A stretch of 64,000 nucleotides of DNA. Origin: Lama guanicoe (Eukaryota). Where the stretch lies: the NCBI GenBank assembly GCA_013239625.1, contig MU055922.1, forward strand, positions 11,870,080-11,934,079. Direction: 5' to 3'. This document shows, one piece after another, positions 53,030 through 64,000 of this stretch. Every line of letters starts with the position of its first letter. Positions within the stretch are counted from its first letter, which is position 1. The notes below the pieces were generated by a model that worked only from the letters and a program-made list of their open reading frames with translations, ran no database searches and was not told the DNA's origin. Made by a program: the position numbers and the translations under genes.

Positions 53030-53420
53030 AAAACAATCTTTAATGAGTGCTTATTCTCTCTTAGGCATTGTGCTAAGTGCTGATACTATAAAAGAGAAAA
53101 TAAACACACATGACACCTGCCCTAATGGAACTTATGTCTAGTTGGCCAGGTAGATATGAACCAAGTGCTCACATAAATAAGTGTGAAAAATAACCATGGT
53201 AAAGACCAAGAAGGAAAGGCAGACACATGGTGATACGAGAACTGGGGAATCTGACTCTGGAGAAGCAGCACTTGAACTGATATCTAAAGATGAATAGGCG
53301 TGACCTAGGCAGGAGGTGGAGAGGGGAGAGCATTCTAGACAGACAGAACAGCATGGTCAAGGCCCCGTGGAAGAAGGAAGCCCTGAAGCTGGAGACCTGC
53401 GTGGCTAGAACTCAAGAAGA
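53030..53420 (-). mobile_element. L2 remnant
   Basis: taggcattgtgctaagtgctg...cctgccctaatggaactta...agcattctagacagacagaacagcatg. Confidence 0.7.
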
Positions 53421-53638
53421 GGGTAGGCGGTAACAAAGCATTCAGCTAGCTTTGCAGGGATCAGAGAATATTTACTGGCTTTTTGTTTTTAGCCATTTAT
53501 AATTCATTTGTTCATCAAATATTGACAAAATATTATCTCTATGCTAGATAAAATGTTCAAAACAAGAGATAATTTCCTAAATTCTTTGAAGGGTCTTTAA
53601 TTTGTTCTTTTAAATGAATGCTATCATTACCGTTTCAG

Positions 53639-53798
53639 TGAAGACGATGACGTTCCAAGGGACACCATATACAAGAAAGTAGTTTTCCGAAAGTACCTTG
53701 ATAGCACTTTTACCCAACTTGATCCTCGGGGGGAGTATGAAGAGCATCTTGGCATTCTTGGCCCTATCATTAGAGCTGAAGTAGATGATGTTATCCAA
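53639..53798 (+). CDS. F5: Factor V exon 14 (160 nt)
   Basis: (S)[53 protein letters not shown]. Confidence 0.95.
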
Positions 53799-54542
53799 GT
53801 AAGTCATCTTTTGATTTTTGCTAAGACCATCTGAGGGGTTTCCACAAGCACCAGAGGGTTTTAGAGGTGAATGTGGCAAGAGAGCTATAGGTGATTTATT
53901 TATTTTCCAAAATTAACAAGTAATTACATTTCTTTTCAAGACTGCTTGCTAAGTAATTTGACACTCATCAAGAAAAAAAATGATCTTATAATTTTATTTC
54001 TCCCTCTGCTGAGCTCCTATTCATTCTATAAGGGCCAACTCTTTCTCCTAAGAAACTTTAATTCCCTCAACCTCTCCTAAGCATTCAACCAAAATGCTCT
54101 TCCCAGGCATTCCCACCTAACCCCATTCATACCTCGTTTACAGTGCCTTTTGTCTCCATATTTTTAACAGAAATTCACAAGTGCATGTCTCTCTGCACCA
54201 GTAGGTTGTAAGCGTAATGTGAGTAAGAACCAAGCCTCATTCATTTTTCAAATCTGTAGCACCTATCATTTCATTTCAATTTGTAGGTAATGTCAGTACT
54301 TTTGCTTTGAGCCTAAAAACAAACCCATTTTGGTGTTTCTGGGGTAAACTAGTAGGGCCCTATCTCACAGGATGGTTGTAAAAATTAGATGAAATAATAT
54401 ACATAAGTCACTTTGCAATCGTAAGCCTTCAATACATCTTCGGTTCAATTTAATAGCCATCCACCTTGGCCCACAATGCTGACATTTTGGGATCTGGGTT
54501 TTGCTGAGCTTAAATACATCTGTGAATCACTCTTTCCTCTAG

Positions 54543-54854
<312 letters not shown>

Positions 54855-55606
54855 TGATTTCTTATTAAATATCTGCCTTGCTTTCCATGAAAAATGGATA
54901 AAGATCGTTGTCAACAGTCGACAGCAATCATAATCTGAATCATGTAGATTTCATATGTCAGTGAGAAGCATTGCTCGCTGGGGAGGAGTGAGGATTACTT
55001 AAATGGCTGGCCCCAGTTGGAGTGACTACTTTTACAGGGGAAGATGTTTATTTGTAATTTCCTTGAATAAGTATTAACTTTCTTCTGCAGAAGAACTACA
55101 AAGTCCAGACTCTCTCATTTTGGGCATGGTAGAAAGAACATAGGCTTAGATTTAATTCCTATCCTGTTACTTACTATGTGGCCCTAAGGAAGTTACTTGA
55201 CTTCTCTCAGCCTCAGTTTCCAAAGTTAAAAATGAGATAACAAGATACAGCACATATTAGGCACTTAGTAATATTTGTTCAACAAATGAATTTGTTTTTA
55301 CCATATAGGATTGTTGTCAGAATTAAATAAGATACTATAGGCAAAATATTTAACATAGTAGATGCTCAATAAATAGTGTTTATTCCAGTATCATCATCAT
55401 CATCATTATTACTACCACGTTGAGATAAAGGATTAATCAGAGGAAGACTACATGAATGTCATAGAATTAGATGATAAATATCCAGGCTTAATAAGCTATT
55501 CATTTATAATCTTCAAATTCAGAGCCTCTAAGAAGATCTCCTTTTCTATATAATCAGTTATCAGAAGAGCAAAGAAAACCCTGAGGAAGAAAGGATATGC
55601 ATAGTT

Positions 55607-55772
55607 TTCTTTTTTTAATCAAATTTTCAATTTTTTAAATTATTTTTAGAGAAAGAGGTAATTAGGTTCATTTATTTATTTAGTTAGTTATTTTTTAATG
55701 GCGGTACTGGGGATTGAACCCAGGAACTCATGCATGCGAAGCAGGCACTCTACCACTGAGCTATACCCTCCT
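55607..55772 (-). mobile_element. Vic-1-like SINE just upstream of exon 16
   Basis: ggtactggggattgaacccaggaactcatgcatgcgaagcaggcactctaccactgagctataccc. Confidence 0.87.
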
Positions 55773-55804
55773 CTACTTTCAACCATGCTCTTACTCTCTT
55801 CCAG

Positions 55805-56015
55805 GAAAAAGACATCCATTCAGGCTTGATAGGGCCCCTTCTGATCTGTCGAAAAGGAATACTTCATAAGGAGAGCAACATGCCTGTGGACATGAGAGAA
55901 TTTGTCCTACTTTTTATGGTCTTTGATGAAAGGAAGAGCTGGTACTATGAAAAGAAGCCCACAAGGTCTTGGAGACTCGCATCCTCTGAAGTGAAAAACT
56001 CCCATGAGTTTCATG
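55805..56015 (+). CDS. F5: Factor V exon 16 (211 nt)
   Basis: [51 protein letters not shown]...HEFH. Confidence 0.97.
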
Positions 56016-57063
56016 GTATTTTCTTCTGACTTTGATCTTATCTCTGAACTAAATCACACTGGGTGACAGTGATACTTGCCCATAGGTCTTCACAAGATTA
56101 GACAGGAGATGTATCTGTGGAACCAGGAGCTCTAACTAAAACCAGGTCCTTAGATGTCTCCGAGGGCTGATGTAACCTGGCAGGTGACACTCAGGTGAAG
56201 GAGAGTAGACAAAGTCTGAAAGACAGCACACAATGGCTGCTGCCAAACAAACCCAAACAAACCAACAAACTAAAAAGCAGTGTGTGTCCGCTGGAAACAT
56301 AAATTGAAAAAGCACTAGCACTATTCACAGTCTAAACAGTTAACAAAGCTCTCTCTTGATCTCTAAAGGATCAAGTACTTATATAGAGGAAGTGATCTTG
56401 TACTTTCTAAACTAAGAATGATTGTAGCAGCGCTTAGCAGTTCCCAGATGGCACCCAAAGCCTACGAGAATAAAATAGTGTAGGAAATGGGGTAACGAGG
56501 TAATGGGAGGAGCGTGCCAAGACAGCATTTGGGTGGGAAACACAGGAAAAGCACATCTACTCTGAAATCCACTCAGGAATTTTGTCCATAAAGAGGCAAT
56601 GGAATTACAGTTTTAGAAAAATGCAGAATTTAGAATCTGATGAACAGCAATGAATGACTTAGGGATCAGAAAAAAAAAAAATGAAGACGAGTAAGCTCTG
56701 CTTTTGGAGTTTGATGAATGGAGGTGGTGACTGCCGTGAGATTTCTGATCAGGAGGGACCTGTGCTTTGAGTAAGGGTCATTCACTATAACAGGAATAGA
56801 GAAAGTTGCCATTGCTTAAGGAATTAAAATAAAAAAGACATTATATACAATATCCAGTCACTGCTGCAGCCTCCCCAGCCAGTCACTGAGGCTAAGCTGG
56901 TCTGTTCTTCCTCTCCTACCCCTGTTACACACTCAGGCTACCCCTTTTCACTTGATTGGAATACAATCCGACTTCACCTGTCAAAGCACTTTGGCGTAGA
57001 GGAAGGCAAATGATATGACTTATAATCTGCTCCAAAACCCTGCTCTCTGGACTCTGCTGATCA

Positions 57064-57150
57064 CAGATAATAATTAATAGATAATTAATTAATATAACTA
57101 ATTATAATTAATATAGATAATAATTAATAGAATTTAAAATTTCTATTAAG
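57064..57150. repeat. AT-rich low-complexity direct and inverted repeat
   Basis: agataataattaatag at 57065 and 57115; inverted ttaatagaa/ttctattaa. Confidence 0.75.
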
Positions 57151-58526
57151 CTATCTGGAATAGTTGATTGACAGCTGATCCACAGACTCCGAGCAGGGCT
57201 TTCTCTTCTCCTATCACCTCTAGGCGTTCAGCCCAGGGAGGGTGCCTGGTCTCAGAGCAGGAAGCACAGCCTCTGAAAACCTCTCAACCTAGTGGGAGAG
57301 CACAGACTGTAGGATCAGACGGGCCTCCCTCTTGGCTATGCCCTGCACCGGTTGAGTACCCTCGAGGCCCTGCTTCCCAATTCCTCAACGCAAGAGGAAA
57401 ATGCATCTAGTGTGGTCTGAGTTTTAAATGTATTGTAGTCTAAATTTCTATATTTGGTAATCTTCCAGTGTAGTTCGCACCAGGGTACTTGAAGCAGGCC
57501 AGCTGTGCCTGGCCTCTGCAGTATGCGCTAGGTAAATACACGTTGGATTAGCAAACAAATGAATGAATACTATCACTCAACTCAATTTATCAAATGTTTA
57601 CTGAGCACCTACTACTACTACACTGAGAGTCTTCACTTCGGTATCCGGATGTAATGGTTTAGCAATGCTGACCTAATACAGCTGGAGATACCTTTCACTC
57701 CTAGGAGATCTATTTCTTACACAGAAATTAAGATGAGGGGGTGAGGCTGATGTTATGATTATGTAGATAGGTGCTCTCATACCTGATACAATTTTAAGGG
57801 TGCCAAAATGATCTCAACTCTTCTCCCTCCAAAAATTCACTTGCTTGGTTCCTGAAATTCCACAGCGGTTCCTTTGACTTTGGAAGAATAAACCACCACC
57901 ACCACCAAACTTCAGTCTCAGTTAAGTGCATGGTAGCACTAAGCTTTATTATGTAAATTTTGTATTATTATTTAAGGTGATCAAGTTTATCAGGTGCTTA
58001 GAAAGACACATTTCAGTAAGGGGAGAGTGGTTAAAGTCTGAGAACCCTTGACGTCCAAGCTGGGAAGGGGGTAGAGGAGCTCAGATGAATGAGAGAATAA
58101 ACATGGACCTCTAAGCTTGGTGGGGACCGCTAAGATAAAGTCAGACTTCCTAATTTTGCCTGGAACTATCTCTGAGTTTAGGAGCACATGCTGCATATCC
58201 CCTTACTTACCCTCTTCCTCTAATGACTGGAGTGCTTTTATCTGCCCATAGGAGTCTCTACCCTTTTATAGCACAGGAAGATTCACACTATAAATGTAAA
58301 GAAAAATGGATAAAACACAGAGCAGAGGTGTAAATCTGGGGAGAGATAAACTCACCCACATTTCTGCTGTAGGCTCTGTTTCAGCCTCTCACTGATACTA
58401 TGCCATATAGGGGCCCCTTGCTGTGTGTGGGTGGGCCTGAGCACGCAGAGTAATGAAGAAGATGGGTGGTGAGTGGGAGGCCTCATATTTCCTCACCAGC
58501 CTCTCTCCTGGTAGACTTTCAATTGA

Positions 58527-58763
<237 letters not shown>

Positions 58764-60597
58764 TAAAAACAGCGAAAGCAGACAGTCTTAGCACCTGTAA
58801 CTTTCCCTCCTTCCCTCCTTGTGCATGTACTTCCTAAGAGGTCAAAGCATGGGTTCTGACATAGATCCTGGGCAAAGCCATGCTCCTAAACTGCATGCAG
58901 AGTATGCAAGAGTCAGCTAATGTCTACACTGTATGCAGCATCACACAGGCTAAATGTGTGGCTCAACTCGGTTCTATGGAGTTGCTATGTTTAATGCGGG
59001 CTTCCTCCAAGCCATTACGTGTCATGCAGGCTGAGTCTTAAATAGATTACAGAAGGATCCCACGAGGCTCAGGCAGCTAAAGCTTTCTGTCAGGAGGAAA
59101 TCAGAAACTTATCAGGGTTTCAGGATTCTTGAATTCTGCTCCTCATTCTATCACCCTGATAACGTTGGGCAACTGACTAAGGGAATCTTAAACTGACTCA
59201 TGAGGCTGTTTGAAGGGGGGAATAATGGGTTTTTTTTTTAATGATTAGAGAAGCTAAAGAATAACAAAGGTATTTAGAGCTTTTCATGTGCAAATTAATG
59301 ATAAGGTTTAAACAAACTGCAGTCATCAAGGATTTTTATGTGCCAATAAGTTGTGTGTAGGTATGTATTGCAGGTGTGTAAGTGGGGGTGGGAAGGCTAG
59401 ATGCCACTGGTTCTCAAACTATAGTGGGCATGATAAAAACCTACAAAGCTGGTTAAAATATGGATGCTAAGGAGAGACTTCGATCTGGCAGAACTTGAGC
59501 AGGGGCCCAGGGGTCTACATTTTTAACAAGCACCCTACCTTCCACCAGTGCTGTCAGAGAAGCTAGTCAAGGCTAGTCAATCCCTTGACAGGCCTTTAGG
59601 TGGGGAAGCTGCTGTGAGAACCAGCCTCACATGTAGGCACAGAAGTCCAAATGGGCCTGATTTGGTTAAGAATAGGGGGAAAGAGGGTTCTTGTTTGTTT
59701 GAAACATGCCAGTGACTCATTAATAAAGTTATGAAGATCCACTCTTATTAAAAATCAGGGGCAGAAAGGTTTAGTCAGACTCACTCCTTACTCTTCACCA
59801 AGTGTTACCAGATCTGTCATCCTTTCCATGAGCCTGTGAGAAGCTGGGATTGGCGGGCCCATCTAAAGCTTCACACCTAAATATCTGCATTAGAGACTAG
59901 AAGGCTGGGGGATCTTTCTTAGTGTGTTTGAGGAGGATGACCCTCGGCTATGAACTTTTACTCACAATCTAGGAAATGGTCACAAATTATAGTCAGCAGA
60001 ATTTAAGTATTAACTGGTCATAGGTAACATTAAATACTAGAATGGATAATCAGAGGTTTTAGAAATCTCATTCTTTCAGTGATTTTTCTAAAACAATTTT
60101 TGTACATCTCTATCCAAAACACAAACTGTATAGAAAAATTGAAACATGGGGAAAGGTGGTTTTATTTTAATTTTCTCATATAAAAAATATAAATGATTGA
60201 AATGGAGAGAAAGGAAATGTACAAAATTTTTGAGGCCCAGTGATGTGTCATTCAAGGTTGCTTTGATATTTAGAACTATGAAGCCATATTATATACGGGT
60301 TGACTTCTAACATTCTATTTAGATAAATGAAAGCTTCTTTCTGGTAAGGGGTGTTAGAGATTTTTTTAAATTCTGGGGCCATTTATTTTTAGTACGTATG
60401 TGTATGTTGTTGTCCTTGTTTTGTTTTGATCTCTTTGGAATACCTGTAGTCCTGCTTAAAGAGAAAAGGATAACTCTTAGATTATATTGCTAAGCCACTT
60501 GCCATGCAGGGATTTTTAGAATTCTTTGATAACTGTCAACTAACATTAACCTGTTAATCTTTGGGTATGTAATTTTCTCCTTCACTCTCTATTTTAG

Positions 60598-60714
60598 GCT
60601 CATTTAAAACTCTTGAAATGAAGGCATCAAAACCTGGCTGGTGGCTCCTAGACACAGAGGTTGGAGAAAACCAGAGAGCAGGGATGAAAACACCATTTCA
60701 CATCATAGACAGAG
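60598..60714 (+). CDS. F5: Factor V exon 18 (117 nt)
   Basis: [39 protein letters not shown]. Confidence 0.97.
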
Positions 60715-61602
60715 GTATCATCCAAGAGCCACATGATGTTTTTAGCAGGAGAGTGCCTGTTACTAGAATATTACTAGCTTTTAGGTTGGAAATATTCAAC
60801 TCCGAGAACTCTGACATAACAGAGGCATAATCTGTAGTAGTAATTGCTTTAATTCTCACTTATGCTCTGACTACACTGCAAACATCAGTGAGCTAGGAAA
60901 CTTAAACCAAATGGTTCAAACCAAAGGCATTCCTCTCAGTTGGGGAATCAACATAAAGCATCTTTCTTAATGATTTGTGGTTCATGGGAAAGTGCATATA
61001 AGAAATTCTCCACACACCTAGAGTAGAAAAGGAGAAAGATACCAGGAATTCAAGTAGGACCGAGATACTCACTGAACTTGACAATTCAGTATTCAAGAAA
61101 CAGTATCCATCTACCCATCTGTCTGTCCATCCACCCATTCAGTCAGCCAGCTAGTCAGCATTTATTAAGCACCTGTTGAGTACCAAGCCGTGTCAACATC
61201 TAGATAGCTCAGTGGCTGGTATTCCCTTCTGTGATCAGGATGTAAATAATACTGTAACTTTTGGGTAAACTTTTGAGAACATACTCTTATGAGGGATAGT
61301 ACTTAATGTTGTAAAATGACTTGATTTAAGATACAAACAGACGGAAATCAGTTTAAAAACTAACTGTGTTCCAGGATTTCAGTTGTTTTCCTCTAAAGTG
61401 TCACTAATTTTAATTTCTATTAAAGTACCGGTCTTGCTGGTGCCTTTATCATTTTATGATCAGACATATTTAAGTCAGTGCCACACAGATAGGTGAAAAT
61501 ATGTACTGACCCACCAGAGGTATAATCTATAGCCATGGAGATTTTACTTTGTTAGATGTACTTTAGAGGAAAAAAATTATTCATCGTTCTATTTTTTTGT
61601 AG

Positions 61603-61674
61603 AATGTAAGATGCCAATGGGACTAAGCACTGGTCTCATAGCTGATTCACAGATCAAGGCTTCTGAGTCTTTGG
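61603..61674 (+). CDS. F5: Factor V exon 19 (72 nt, start of C1)
   Basis: [24 protein letters not shown]; donor TGG|GTAAGT. Confidence 0.96.
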
Positions 61675-61796
61675 GTAAGTAGCCTGTGAAAGGCACCTCC
61701 TACAATTGTGCAGTATACAGCCTGCAAAACCACACATGACAACTCTGCCTATTGAATGTATGAGTCATTGCTCCTCTCCTGGCTTTTCTGTACCAC

Positions 61797-62195
61797 TATG
61801 ACACAACATAGTAAGGCAGCTTTGTCTGGGGTGCTAGTCTGGTGATGTTACAGTTCCCTCCAACAGAATCTGTTTTCCTGCCCCTTGAATCTGGGTTGGC
61901 CAATGGAACTGTCACAAATGTGACTCCCCCAGAGGCATGAATAGCACTTGTGCATTGGAACCCTCGGTACCATATGAACAAGCCCAAGCTAGTTGGCCAG
62001 AGGATAAGAAGTCACATGGAAAAGAAACAAGGCATCCCAGACTTCTGCTGAATAGGTTAATGAATGCAGATTATTGAGTAAGCTTCAGTCACGATCAACC
62101 AAGTCTGCCTTAGACCAGAAGACCACCCAGCCAACCCAGCCCAAATAGCCAAATTGTAGAATTATGAGCTACAGAAATGGCTACTGTTCTTAGCA
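61797..62195 (+). mobile_element. MLT1-type LTR, 3' end truncated
   Basis: ccccttgaatctgggttggcc...cacccagccaacccagcccaaat...agaattatgagc...aaatggctactgtt. Confidence 0.7.
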
Positions 62196-62229
62196 AAAAC
62201 AAAAACAAGGAAATTAGAAAATATTTCAT

Positions 62230-62340
62230 TACTGACCCATTAGAGGTATAATCTCTAGCCACGGGGTTTTTACTTTATTATAGGTAATAATTATTCATTA
62301 TTCTGTTGTTCTGTAGAATGTAAGATGCCAATGGAACTAA
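62230..62340 (+). repeat. Diverged direct duplicate of the intron 18 end and first 24 nt of exon 19
   Basis: Aligns to 61504-61626: 41/48 identical in the first block, 28/29 across the splice acceptor. Confidence 0.92.
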
Positions 62341-62874
62341 ATCATGTAACATTCTATCGGGACTCAAAGGGTCTTATCAGGCAGGTATTGCAGTCCCCAT
62401 TAATAGGGCCCTTTGCTGTGTCAGCCATTCATCTACTCAAGAAACGTTGCTGATCACCCACTGTGAGTCAGGATTTCCTCCTAAATTTTCTCTCTGCCTC
62501 AAACTCATCCCAAGATCAAGAGGTCAATTGTAAGGGAGCATGAGGCTCCCGTAAATCCCTCCCACATCTTCCTGCTAGGCAGGCACACTCAGCTGAAACC
62601 ATGAATATAACTGAGAAAAAATAAATATGCCCTGTATGCAAAGAAGAGGGTAGATGGTAGTTAACAGCTGACCAACAACAGACCTGAAACCAGAATTTCA
62701 TCATCAGGGACTGACTTAGTAGCTGAAGCCTGTGTCAACTGCCTGGTCTCCTACTAACTGCAGCAGAAGTTCCTCTAGGAATCTGGTTTTCCACTGGGAA
62801 GAAACTCTCTTGAGAAATTGATACTTGTATTTTTTTTTAATTCAGAATAAATTTTTTTCTTCCTTTCGATTTAG

Positions 62875-62978
62875 ATTATTGGGAACCCAAATTAGCGAGA
62901 TTGAACAATGGTGGGTCATATAATGCTTGGATCACAGAAAAACCTTCAAAGGAAACTGCCTTTAAACCTTGGATCCAG
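62875..62978 (+). CDS. F5: Factor V exon 20 (104 nt)
   Basis: (D)[34 protein letters not shown]. Confidence 0.96.
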
Positions 62979-63074
62979 GTATGTCTTATTAACCTGATAA
63001 TACTTACTGCTGTTGTAATAATAAAGATGACACTGATTTAATAATTTCTTCTTGTTATTCTTGCAATGGTGTTG

Positions 63075-63270
63075 GGGAAATAGTGATTACTAGGTGCTGG
63101 GCACCATTCTAAATACTTCACATACTCAAAATGAACCCTATGAGGTTAGTTCTAGTAATATCCCATTTTACAGATGAAAAAACTAAGGCACAGAGGGATC
63201 AACTAACTTCCCAATTTCACATACAATTAGTCAGCGGTTGAGTCTGGACTCAAGTCTCTATACTCTGTGC
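63075..63270 (-). mobile_element. MIR SINE
   Basis: aaccctatgaggttag...cccattttacagatgaaaaaactaaggcacagag. Confidence 0.75.
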
Positions 63271-63414
63271 TCAAATATGGATTGCACCTAGCCATCTTAT
63301 TATTTTGTTGGGTGTTAGTTCTTTGTTCTAAAGAAAGTTAGTCGTACAATGACCGTAAGACAGTGTGTGACTTGTTGACAACAATGGTTGTTTAATACCT
63401 TTGCTATGTTGCAG

Positions 63415-63570
63415 GTGGACATGCAAAGGGAAGTCCTATTTACAGGCATTCAGACCCAAGGTGCCAAACACTACCTGAAGTCCTACTACACCACCGAGTT
63501 CTGTGTTGCTTACAGCTCTGACCAGACAAACTGGCGGATCTTCAAAGGGAACAGCACAAGGAACGTGATG
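63415..63570 (+). CDS. F5: Factor V exon 21 (156 nt); gene continues beyond the window
   Basis: [52 protein letters not shown]; donor ATG|GTCTGT. Confidence 0.96.
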
Positions 63571-63634
63571 GTCTGTGTGCTCAATTGTTTCTTCCTGAGC
63601 TAGGGTTACTATGACTATGTTTTTTTGTATGTGT

Positions 63635-63925
63635 TTCTTTTTTTTTTCTTTTTCATTGATGTTTACTTGATTTACAATGTTGTGTTATTTCAGGCGTATA
63701 GCAAAGTGATTCAGTTATATATATATATATATATTTCTTTTTCAGATCCTTTTCCATTATAGGTTATTACAAGATATTGAATATACTTCCCTATGCTATA
63801 CAGTAGGTCCTTGTTGCTTATCTATTTTCTATATAGTATTGTGTATCTGCTAATCCCAAACTTCTAATTTATCCCCCCTCAACCTCTTTTCCCTTCAGTA
63901 ACCACAGTTTGTTTTCTATGTATGA
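63635..63925 (-). mobile_element. L1 3' end fragment
   Basis: Poly-T, tttacaatgttgtgtt...cattataggttattacaagatattgaatat... Confidence 0.85.
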
Positions 63926-64000
63926 TTATGTCTTTTTTTTTTTAAATCGTTCTGGGTGTTATAAATATGAATGGCTTTCTTAGTGCCTTAGAGAGGAAAG

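Overview
Mammalian genomic DNA, very probably a camelid (three tRNA-derived SINEs of the Vic-1 type, artiodactyl-type L1 3' ends, bovine-like factor V residues). The + strand carries the 3' end of SELP (P-selectin: last two sushi/SCR exons, TM exon, two cytoplasmic exons, 3'UTR exon). About 2 kb downstream lies F5 (coagulation factor V), exons 1-21 of 25. All F5 exons splice in frame; intron 6 has a GC donor. Introns hold L1, L2, MIR, MER, MLT/ERV LTR fragments and four N-gaps. The many short six-frame ORFs are exon overlaps or noise. I found no new gene or wholly new system. The best leads are RNA-processing features: (i) a diverged duplicate of the exon 19 acceptor that forms a candidate frameshifting pseudo-exon; (ii) loss of the human FV-short donor in exon 13, with the acceptor and other in-frame donors and acceptors kept; (iii) a much shorter B-domain repeat array; (iv) an antisense U2 snRNA retrocopy in intron 2; (v) a probable L1 3' transduction next to exon 3; (vi) a triplicated FOXA/octamer/AATAAA module between SELP and F5. 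Comparisons with human and bovine sequences are from memory and need alignment. Repeat family names and boundaries are by eye and approximate.
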